Below are positions 12,001 through 24,000 of a stretch of DNA of 64,000 nt, piece after piece (positions within the stretch are counted from its first letter, which is position 1; every line of letters begins with the position of its first letter). The notes beneath the pieces are model-generated. The model saw only the letters and a program-made list of their open reading frames with translations, had not been told where the DNA came from and did no database searches. Both the position numbers and the translations under genes were made by a program. The DNA is from Laetmonice hystrix (lineage: Eukaryota): assembly GCA_965235115.1 (NCBI GenBank), contig OZ249436.1, forward strand, positions 16,804,001 to 16,868,000, given 5' to 3'.

Positions 12001-15000
12001 CTCTGGCGGGTGGTCGTTACCAGATAATACTGTTATGTTCACCATAGCGACTGCCGTCCTAGAGTACACATATACAAACTGTGTCAGAAAGCATTCAAGT
12101 CATTTAGATGATCATTCGTTTTTCTACACTTTAAGCTCTGGACCAAAGAAATGGTAACGGCTGAGAGGATAGCTCTGGTTCTACTTTAAAAGATCCTTGT
12201 CTGTCGTTGAGAAGACCGATATGTGGCCTTGTGGGGTGACTTATGCCTTATGAGGTCAGTATATGTCCCTGCGTACGCTGGTCAATATGAGATATCTCAC
12301 CTTGTGAGGTCAGAATTGGCCGGCTGGTCACTGGCCTGGACGGTAAGTATAAATGTGTGAGTCAGGGACTCAGCCAGTGACCTCTGAACATATAACCAGC
12401 CAGTGGACGAGTCCAGGCCAAAATACGTGGTTGCTCCATGGGTCCCGAACAGGATGGAGTACGTCACCCGGCCGTACGGACCTTGGTCCGCGTCCACGGC
12501 AAACACCTGGAACGTGAGGGTTAGAATTCAGACACCTGGAACATGAGAGTTAGAATTTCATACACCTGGGTGCGTTCCACAACTTGTCGTTAGCTTGTCG
12601 TATCGTAAACATCAATGTATTTTCAATGGGGATTTTTTTCGCACGACAGGGTTGCGATTGTTGTGAAAGGCACCCCTGGAATATGGGGATCATACACCTG
12701 TTGGAAGGGGTACTGACCTGTCCGACCACAGCGTCACGGGGGGCCGACCTGTTGACCAGGTAGGTGTAGGTGTTGGAGGGCGGACTCACCTGTCCAACCA
12801 CAGCGTCACGGGGGGGGGGGGCGACCTGTTGACAAGGTATAGGTGTAGGTGTTGGAGGGGGGACTCACCTGTCCAACCACAGCGTCACGGGGGGGGGCGA
12901 CCTGTTGACCAGGTAGGTGTAGGTGTTGGAGGGGGTACTGACCTGTCCGACCACAGCGTCACGGGGGGGCCGACCTGTTGACCAGGTACGTGTAGGTGTT
13001 GGAGGGGGTACTGACCTGTCCGACCACAGCGTCACGGGGGGCCGACCTGTTGACCAGGTAGGTGTAGGTGTTGGAGGGGGGACTCAACTGTCCAACCACA
13101 GCGTCACGGGGGGCCGACCTGTTGACCAGGTACGTGTAGGTGTTGGAGGGGGTACTGACCTGTCCGACCACAGCGTCACGGGGGGCCGACCTGTTGACCA
13201 GGTACGTGTAGGTGTTGGAGGGGGTACTGACCTGTCCGACCACAGCGTCACGGGGGGCCGACCTGTTGACCAGGTACGTGTAGGTGTTGGAGGGGGGACT
13301 CACCTGTCCGACCACAGCGTCACGGGGGGCCGACCTGGTGACCAGGTACGTGTAGGTGTTGGAGGGGGGACTCACCTGTCCAACCACAGCGTCACGGGAG
13401 GCCGACCTGTTGACCAGGTAGGTGTAGGTGTTGGAGGGGGTACTCACCTGTCCGACCACAGCGTCACGGGGGGCCGACCTGTTGACCAGGTAGGTGTAGG
13501 TGTTGGAGGGGGTACTCACCTGTCCGACCACAGCGTCACGGGGGGCCGACCTGTTGACCAGGTAGGTGTAGGTGTTGGAGGGGGTACTCACCTGTCCGAC
13601 CACAGCGTCACGGGGGGCCGACCTGTTGACCAGGTACGTGTAGGTGTTGGAGGGAGTGAAGACTGGGCTGTTATCGTTGACGTCCTCTAACCACACGTAC
13701 ACGTTGGCCGCCTGGCTTCGATACCGTTCAGCCGTCACACTCTCCTGCGCGTATACCTGGTGAACATGGGGGAACGTTAGGGAATCAATGAGCCGGTATG
13801 GGGGAAACACTGAGTCGGTATGGGGGAAACACTGAGCCGGTATGGGGGAAACACTGAGCCGGTATGGGGGAAACACTGAGCCTGCCTGGGGGAAACACTG
13901 AGCCGGTATGGGGGAAACACTGAGCCGGTATGGGGGAAACACTGAGCCTGCCTGGGGGAAACACTGAGCCGGTATGGGGGAAACACTGAGCCGGTATGGG
14001 GGAAACACAGGGAAGATATATAATAGAAGGGAGAAATAGTATTCAGGTGCGAGGGAGATTGAGATACGTACCTTGAGGAGCAGGTAGTCGGTGACCTCCT
14101 TGTCGAGGCCGGAGCTGTTTGTGACGAACACCATACCAGTGGTATCCTCCACCGCGAACGGTCCGCCCGACCCTTCCATCACGTATTCTAACTCGGCGTT
14201 AGTCCCCTGAAAACGGTCAGATATTATATCAGTGTCCGCTGAAAACGGTCAGATATTATATCAGTGTCCCCTGAAAACGGTCAGATATTAAATCAGTGTC
14301 CCCTGAAAACGGTCAGGTATCATATCAGTGTCCTCTGAAAACAGTCAGATATCATATCTGTGTCCCCTGAAAACGGTCAGATATCATATCAGTGTCCCCT
14401 GAAAACGGTCGGATATTATATCAGTGTCCCCTGAAAACGGTCAGATATTATATCAGTGTCCCCTGAAAACGGTCAGATAATTATTATATCAGTGTCCCCT
14501 GAAAACGGTCAGATATCATATCAGTGTTCCCTGAAAACGTGACCTGGCCCACCCTGCACTTACCACATCATATTGTGACCCGACCCACCTTGCACTACCC
14601 ACATCATTGTGTGGCTCATCTTGTACTTACCACGGTATTGCAGGCACGTACCCAGGATTGTGCTTAGAGGGGGGGTTCCATCAGGACAAGAGGGCTGCCC
14701 GGGGGGCCACCTGTGTTTTTGCACCAGTCGACCTGGGGACCGGAGGGGGCCGGGGGGGGGGGGTTCCGGAACCCCTGGAACCCCCCCCCCTGGGTACGTG
14801 CCTGGTATTGTGACCCACCCGATACTCACCACATCATTGTCGGTGGCGCGGACCTGTACCACCCTGTAGCCGACAGGAGAGTGTTCAGGAATGGTGACGT
14901 TGTAGATGAGACGCTCCATCTGAGGCGGGTGAATGTTAGCGTCCTCAACACTCACGATCAGGGTGGCTGTGCTGTAACGGTTCCTCGGGTTGTCCAACTG

Positions 15001-18000
15001 GTACGCCTGTCAATCACACGTCAATCAACCGTCACTCACACATCAATCACACACCAGTTAACCATAAATCAACCCGGCATAAAACTGGTACGCCTGTCAC
15101 TAACACGTCAATCAACCATCACTCGCACATCAATCACACATCAGTTAACCATAAATCAACCCATAAAACTGGTACGCCTGTCAATCACACGTCAATCAAC
15201 CATCACTCGCACATCAATCACACATCAGTTAACCATAAATCAACCCATAAAACTGGTACGTCTGTCAATCACACGTCAATCAACCGTCACTCACACATCA
15301 ATCACACATCAGTTATCCATCAATAAACAATCAGAGTCGGTCAACTTTCATAAGTTATGATATTATCATGGCCCTTATTTTAAGATTGATACATGATATA
15401 TGAGTTACTCTATGTATGATAGTGTTACAGGTGTTCTGCCGCCAGAGGATGCAGTTAATGAGATGATGATGGTGATCAGCTGACCTTGATGGTGATGATG
15501 AACTGAGCCCTGGCGGCTCGGTCCAGGATGTGACGTGGTAATACGAGCCCACTCGAGTGGTCAAGGTCAAAATACGTCACGCCGTCATGGGTGTGACCTG
15601 AAACAGAACGTAGTCACACGTCATACTACGTCACATTACGTCATACTACGTCATCACTACCAATCCAAGCCCCTCTCGTTAATCCTCAAGGTTACCTCCA
15701 TTCGCTCCATTAGGTCATATATAATATGTTAATATAATACTCGGTCAAGTTAATATGTCAAGTTTTGACCTTTGACTGGCTCACCTCCTTCTGCCTCGTA
15801 TCCCACGGTGGCATTAATGCCAAGGTCAAGGTCAAATGCCTGGATTGGTGGATGAGTCCGAAATACTTGGTCAATGATGCTGTAATTCTGCCGGTGAACA
15901 CAACGTGAAGGTGGAATGAACAACTGTTTGTAACCTCGATTTAATGGTTTCAAACCAGCCAGGATTAAACTGATCTAACATTCACAGACAAGGACCTTTG
16001 ATAGACATCTAAACTGTTCATAACTTTTACAAACTATCAGATATTTTTAAAGCTTTCAAAAAATATTTATGATCCCATTACTTCTCGGTATCTGTGGATG
16101 AATGAGCCAAGTAATGCCAGGCTGGTCTGTTCTGGTAACGACAGGTAGTTTACATAATGCCAGGTGTACCTGTTCTGGTAATGACAGGTAGTTTACGTAA
16201 TGCCAGGTGTACCTGTTCTGGTAACGACAGGTAGTTTACATAATGCCAGGTGTACCTGTTCTGGTAATGACAGGTAGTTTACGTAATGCCAGGTGTACCT
16301 GTTCTGGTAACGACAGGTAGTTTACATAATGCCAGGCTGGTCTGTTCTGGTAACGACAGGTAGTTTACGTAATGCCAGGTGTACCTGTTCTGGTAATGAC
16401 AAGTAGTAGACGTCCTCAGTGAATGCCGGGTTCTGATCGTCGCCGTCCGTCACGCTGAGAAACACCTGGGTCCAGTTAGAAAGGGGCGGCTCCCCCGTGT
16501 CCTATACAAGAAATTATCTTGGTCATACATTTCTTGGGGTTGGGACGTTTGTAAACAACACGTGGGGACCGCAGTCAGACACTTACTGTAGTTGTAACGT
16601 TGAGTACAAACACGTGCGGACCACAGTCAGACACTTACTGTGGTTGTAACGTTGAGTACAAACACGTGGGGACCGCAGTCAGACACTTACTGTGGTTGTA
16701 ACGTTGCGTACAAACACGTGGGGACCGCAGTCAGACACTTACTGTGGTTGTAACGTTGAGTACAAACACGTGGGGACCGCAGTCAGACACTTACTGTGGT
16801 TGTAACGTTGAGTACAAACACGCGGGGACCGTAATCATAGTCGAGTTTTTGTTGAAGTACAATAGCGCCCTCTGATGCCCCGCCCGTCATGGCGAACACA
16901 CCGCCCCCTGTTGTCTGAAACCACAACAAACCACAGTTCCCAATCGCTGGTGGTAGACGGGGGTGATACGTAATTATCCAGTAAGGGAGGGGGGCTGATC
17001 CTTCACAGGACTCCATGTTTAAAACTTACGAAAAATTTCAGAAAACATAAAACATAACACATTCATGAGTTTGAATTCTGTGCTCTGGGGTTTTAAAAAT
17101 TTAATTCTATGATTCCTCCTGCCCTCAACTCCAAGTTTCCCATTGGTTGTGCCCGACAGAAGGAGGTCGCAGCAAGTGGGGTCAGAGAAACGCTGACCTA
17201 CCTGAAGGTCATACCCGGCGATGCCACCGTCCACGTCGCCGTCGGTCGCCAACCCTCGCAGTGTGAACACGGTGGTGTAGACCGGAGTCAACTACACAAA
17301 GGTCAAACAGGGGTCAGGTCACCAGCTAACTCATACCACTCCTACTCACATCTATACGTCTACCCACTTATTTCAAGTGTATAGATATTCCATTCATATG
17401 TTGTTGACCGTTTGTTGGTCCTAGTTTCAGCCACGGCGCGGCTCTCTCCATACTCACCTCGTTGATATTTTTGAGGTAGGGGGCACACAGGAAGTAGGGG
17501 GCCTTATTGTTGACATCTTCAATGGCCACTCGGACGTCAGAGGTGACCTTAGAACACAGTTCAAGAGTTTTTACTGTCACACTTACATCACATATAAGGG
17601 ACACCCTAATAACGTCTTTCTGCTATGTGGTATCAGTGATATTTCTAAACTTACATCGTGGTTAACATGTTTTATACAGACTAGGTGATGGGTTTAGACT
17701 CTCACCTGGACCACGTCCCCACTGTGTAAGACCTCACACCTCAGGATCACTTGGATGGCTTTGATGGACACCTGGCGACAGAAAACGGCACCACGGACTT
17801 ACTTCAGACACACAGACAGGTATAAACTGACGTTAACACTCAGACAACTCTGTGATTTAGCGGTTACTTCCGTCTGCGGATTGACTTACAGGGGTGGAGG
17901 TGTCCGTGGATTGACTTACAGGGGTAGAGGTGTCTGAGGATTGAGTTACTGGAGTGGAGGTGTCCGAGGATTGACTTACCGGGGTGGAGGTGTCTGAGGG

Positions 18001-21000
18001 TTGACTTACAGGGGTGGAGGTGTCCGAGGATTGACTTACCGGGGTGGAGGTGTCTGAGGGTTGACTTACAGGGGTGGAGGTGTCCAAGGATGGACTTACC
18101 GGGGTGGAGGTGTCCGAGGATTGACTTACCGGGGTGGAGGTGTCTGAGGGTTGACTTACAGGGGTGGAGGTGTCCAAGGATGGACTTACCGGGGTGGAGG
18201 TGTCCAAGATTTGACTTACCGGGGTAAAAGTGTCCGAGGATTCACTTACCGGGGCGGAGGTGTCCGAGGATTGACTTACCGGGGTGGAGGTGTCCGAGGA
18301 TTGACTTACCGGGGTGGAGGTGTCTGAGGATTGACTTACCGGGGTGGAGGTGTCTGAGGATTGACTTACAGGGGTGAAGGTGTCTGAGGATTGACTTACC
18401 GGGGTGGAGGTGTCTGAGGATTGACTTACTGGGGTGGAGGTGTCTGAGGATTGACTTACTGGGGTGGAGGTGTCCGTGGATTGACTTACCGGGGTGGAGG
18501 TGTCTGAGGATTGACTTACTGGGGTGGAGGTGTCTGAGGATTGACTTACTGGGGTGGAGGTGTCTGAGGATTGACTTACCAGGGTGGAGGTGTCTGAGGA
18601 TTGACTTACTGGGGTGGAGGTGTCTGAGGATTGACTTACCGGAGCGGAGGTCGGCCGTCTGGTGTAGTCACAGCTCAACTGTTCGTTAGTGTTCGGTATG
18701 ATCTGCAAATAGACAACACGTACGTGACCGATACCTATCGGGTGTTAGAAACAAGACATCTTTTGAACGTGATCCTAGGTCTCAATTTGAAGAAGGAATT
18801 CTCTACTCATTGCGCCCATCACTAGGCGCGTTGGGTGAAACTCACTTCTTGAAAAAGGAGGGACCAAGAGATTTCTCTCTAATTGAAGAAGAAGAGAACA
18901 TGCATATGGCTGGTATCACTGACCGGGTCTGTGCGAGGGTTGAGGAGGTTCAGATCTAGACTCCGTGACAGGATGATTTGGTAGGCCCGCGCTCCTGTCT
19001 GACGTAGACTCAGGTAACCTTGGAACCGACTTGTGTACGGCGAGTCCAGCTGGATGCTCCGAGCAGAGGACTCAAACGTGAACAGGACCGAGCCTGGAAA
19101 TGGAAACATTTTGTGGTACAGTTGTGTTTTGAGGTCTGTGAAGATAGTCACTTATTCCATACTCCCGATTCGACCCCGAGGTTGGATTTCTTTGAGTGGG
19201 CGCCAGGCGCATATGCCCCAGTCCCATATAAGCACGGATGGACACGGCAGTCCCGGAAAGTGCCGGATCCCGCCGGATCAACATCCGGGACGATCCGTGC
19301 TCTTTTGGGGGTTTTTGAGCGTCGACGGTCGTCCAACGACCATCACGCCGGTGGCAACACGGCAGCACGGCAGCACGACGAACCCGTACAAACACGGAAA
19401 AACACGGCAGCAACACGACAGAGACACGGGCAGCCCCGGATAAACACGGACCAACACGGCATCTACACGGACCATCCCGGACCTACACGGCGATCCATGA
19501 CCTCGGGGTCGAATCGGGAATAAGGAATAAGTAACTAACTTCCCAGACCTCGTGTTCTTGAGGACTTTGTGATGTCTTACATTAAGATATAAAATAATCA
19601 GACAGACGAACGGAGATAGTTTTTGTAGGCCCACAAGACCGTAGAACTTTGGCTACATTTATCAGTCACAGCATGTCAAACGTTGGGGGGGGGGGTTAAT
19701 GCTCCGATTTGTTTTTCATGGAATTGGTTTCAGTAATGACTATATAATTAGTAATTTCCTAGAGATGTTTATTTATTTGGATTCCGAAACAAGGCAGTAT
19801 AGGGTAGTGTCGAGGCACATGAATGGTGTACGCATTTTACATCGCGATGTCCCCCATGTACAAACATGTATACTCTAGGCCAACTAAAGCCGGGAACACA
19901 TCTGATGCGATGCGACGCGATTATGAAAAGCTCCTAATGGAACACACCTGAAGCTGTACGTCGCTGGACCTTCAGGTGTGTTCACACTCGCTGAAAACAA
20001 TTAGGAGCTTTTCATAATCGCGACGCATCGCGTAGCATTGCGTCAGGTGTGTTCTCCGCTTAATCAGTGCTTCTCATTCCATCCCTCCCCCACCAAACCT
20101 CACTCATTTACTAGTAATTAGACACTTACTTTCCCCCACAGGATGTTTATACCGTTACCATGAAAACACCAACATGGAAACCCTAGAAGTAGCCCTGCCT
20201 TGGCATTTTTACTAGTTGCCATGGCGACGGCAACGTGACACCTGTTTCTATGCCGCCTCATTAAAATTCCAGGTAATGGTTGAATAGCAATGACCACAGC
20301 CGGTAGGTTATCAAAGTCACCGGTTGGTAAAACATGCCTGCGCACCTCAGCGTACAACTCTAGTTCTATAGGCCTGCAGCAATCAGAAACGTTCACTTGA
20401 CCACCACGTGAGACCCGTGAAATTAGCGTGATCTACATTCCGGCCAAACATCTGTTCATTCTATAGATGTTCAAACTGTAGATCTACAACTATTATAGTA
20501 ATAGTGGTGTCCATTTCATAAAACACGTCTTGATGTTACTGTAACGTTACCGTAAACGACGTCACCTGACGTGATACATGGCGTAACCCTTACGTTATTA
20601 ATTGTGACGTCATAGGTGACTACTTACCGACCGGTGTGTTCTCGGGTTCCTCCGTGTAGAGTGACGGGCACGGATTCTGTTGACCTAAAACACAAAGTAT
20701 CGAGGTAAACGGTCAGCACTGGCGGGGTATACTGTTAAAATGTAGGCCTACAGTAAACTATTGATGACCACTCAAAGGTCAGCACTGGCGGGATCTACTG
20801 TTAAAATGTAGGACTACGGTAAACTGCTGATGTCTACTCAACGGTCAGCACTGGCGGGATCTACTGTTAAAATGTAGGACTACGGTAAACTGCTGATGTC
20901 TACTGAACGGTCAGCGCTGGCGGGATCTATTGTTAAAATGTAGGACTACGGTAAACTGCTGATGTCTACTCAACGGTCAGCACTGGCGGGATCTACTGTT

Positions 21001-24000
21001 AAAATGTAGGACTACGGTAAACTGCTGATGTCTACTGAACGGTCAGCGCTGGCAGGATCTACTGTTAAAATGTAGGACTACGGTAAACTGCTGATGTCTA
21101 CTGAACGGTCAGCGCTGGCGGGATCTATTGTTAAAATGTAGGACTACGGTAAACTGCTGATGTCTATACTGAATGGTCAGCACTGGCGGGATCTACTGTT
21201 AAAATGTAGGACTACGGTAAACTGCTGATGTCTACTGAACGGTCAGCACTGGCGGGATCTACTGTTAAAATGTAGGACTACAGTAAACTATTGATGACCA
21301 CTGGACGGACTGGGTGTATTCAATGTTAAAAGAGTGATGAATAAAGCGACACAGTCTGCCGTGACCGCAAGCAACCAGAGGGCCCACCTAACGGGCTACG
21401 CATCCTTATAGTTATCAAATACAACACTAGGTGGCTGTCAGCATGTTTTTAGGGACGACAGGTTCGCTTTAAATTATATCATCAGTCGGGTTAAAGGGTT
21501 ATATCATTTTATCTTCCTGCGAGTCAAGTATGTACACTGTTCGAAGGTACTGAGACGAAAATGATATTTTAAGATATACATTATCATCAGGTGTTGCTAC
21601 TTATTTAGGATCCATCAGTGCCGGATTATTAATGGCAAATAGTTAACTCGTAAAGTAAATTAACCATGTTTACCCGAGCCATACTTTAGCGAACTGACGT
21701 AACCGTTCATATATCAAGGAAATTTGCAATTAATCAACTTTAGATAAAGATGCTGTAAAAAGCAATGAATGCTGTTTATGAATCCTCACATTGTATAACC
21801 AGTATAACACATCGTGTGTGCGCCAACAGTTCGTCCAGGGTACTGGAGGTCAGGGTGGGTCGATGATCCGACCTGGTCGACGGGGTGGGGGTTAGGGGTA
21901 ACTAACATTGACACAGCCGGGGTAACAACACATTCAGACCTGGCCGGGATCAATCAAGTTATTAGTCACCCTTTCTACCTGTCATCCCCCCAACCCTACC
22001 CTTTATACATCCTTCGTCCCAACAAATCGTTTCCCTTGGTCCTATCTAACACCATATTTGATATTATCTTTAGTGAATACTGTTTTGAAGAATTTTCATC
22101 CTCAGTCGTCAACAAAACTATTCCATAACATGATAATTTTAATGCAAGCTAACATAACGACAGAACTATGCTGTGTCAAGTCGGTTGACTTTGGAACGTG
22201 GGAAAAGTGAGAGGGTTCATTGAGAACATTGTGGTCAGTCGTCCGTGACGGCTGCGGTCCGATTGTACGAGTCACAATGGGGTCTGTGGACTGTGACGTC
22301 ATAGACAAACAGGTGTCGCGGTGGCTGGGGAGGTGATCACAGGTACAGAGGCAGAACCAAGTACTCGGTGCATACCGGCCCATGAGATCACAGGTACAGA
22401 GAGAGGGAACCCAGTACTCGGTGTATACCGGCCCATGAGATCACAGGTACAGAGACAGGGAACCCAGTACTCGGTGTATACCGGCCCATGAGATCACAGG
22501 TACAGTGACAGAACCCAGTACTTGGTGTATACCGGCCCATGGGATCCCAGGTACAGAGAGAGAACCAAGTACTTGGTGTATACCGGCCCATGAGATCACA
22601 GGTACAGAGACAGAACCAAGTACTCGGTGTATACCGGCCCATGGGGGCAGGTACAGAGAGAGAACCAAGTACTCGGTATATACCGGCCCATGAGATCACA
22701 GGTACAGAGACAGAACCCAGTACTTGGTGTATACCGGCCCATGAGATCACAGGTACAGAGACAGAACCCAGTACTTGGTGTATACCGGCCCATGGGATCC
22801 CAGGTACAGAGACAGAACCAGTACTCGGTGTATACCGGCCCATGGGATCCCAGGTACAGAGAGAGAACCAGGTACTCGGTGTATACCGGCCCATGAGATC
22901 ACAGGTACAGAGACAGAACGAAGTACTCGGTGTATACCGGCCCATGAGATCACAGGTACAGAGACAGAACCAAGTACTCGGTGTATACCGGCCCATGAGA
23001 TCCCAGGTACAGAGAGAGAGAACCCAGTACTCGGTGTATACCGGCCCATGGGATCCCAGGTACAGAGAGAGAACCCAGTACTCGGTGTGTACCGGCCCAT
23101 GAGATCCCAGGTACAGAGACAGAACCAGTACTTGGTGTATACCGGCCCATGGGATCCCAGGTACAGAGAGAGAACCCAGTACTCGGTGTGTACCGGCCCA
23201 TGAGATCACAGGTACAGAGACAGAACCAGTACTCGGTGTGTACCGGCCCATGAGATCACAGGTACAGAGACAGAACCCAGTACTTGGTGTATACCGGCCC
23301 ATGTGATCCCAGGTACAGAGAGAGAACCCAGTACTCGGTGTATACCGGCCCATGGGATCCCAGATACAGAGACAGAACCAGTACTCGGTGTGTACCGGCC
23401 CATGAGATCACAGGTACAGAGACAGAACCAGTACTCGGTGTATACCGGACCATGAGATCACAGGTACAGAGAGAGAGAGAACCCAGTACTCGGTGTATAC
23501 CGGCCCATGAGATCACAGGTACAGAGACAGAATGAAGTACTCGGTGTATACCGGCCCATGAGATCACAGGTACAGAGACAGAACCCAGTACTTGGTGTAT
23601 ACCGGCCCATGGGATCCCAGGTACAGAGACAGAACCAGTACTCGGTGTATACCGGCCCATGGGATCCCAGGTACAGAGAGAGAACCAGGTACTCGGTGTA
23701 TACCGGCCCATGAGATCACAGGTACAGAGACAGAACGAAGTACTCGGTGTATACCGGCCCATGAGATCACAGGTACAGAGACAGAACCAAGTACTCGGTG
23801 TATACCGGCCCATGAGATCCCAGGTACAGAGAGAGAGAACCCAGTACTCGGTGTATACCGGCCCATGGGATCCCAGGTACAGAGAGAGAACCCAGTACTC
23901 GGTGTGTACCGGCCCATGAGATCACAGGTACAGAGACAGAACCAGTACTTGGTGTATACCGGCCCATGGGATCCCAGGTACAGAGAGAGAACCCAGTACT

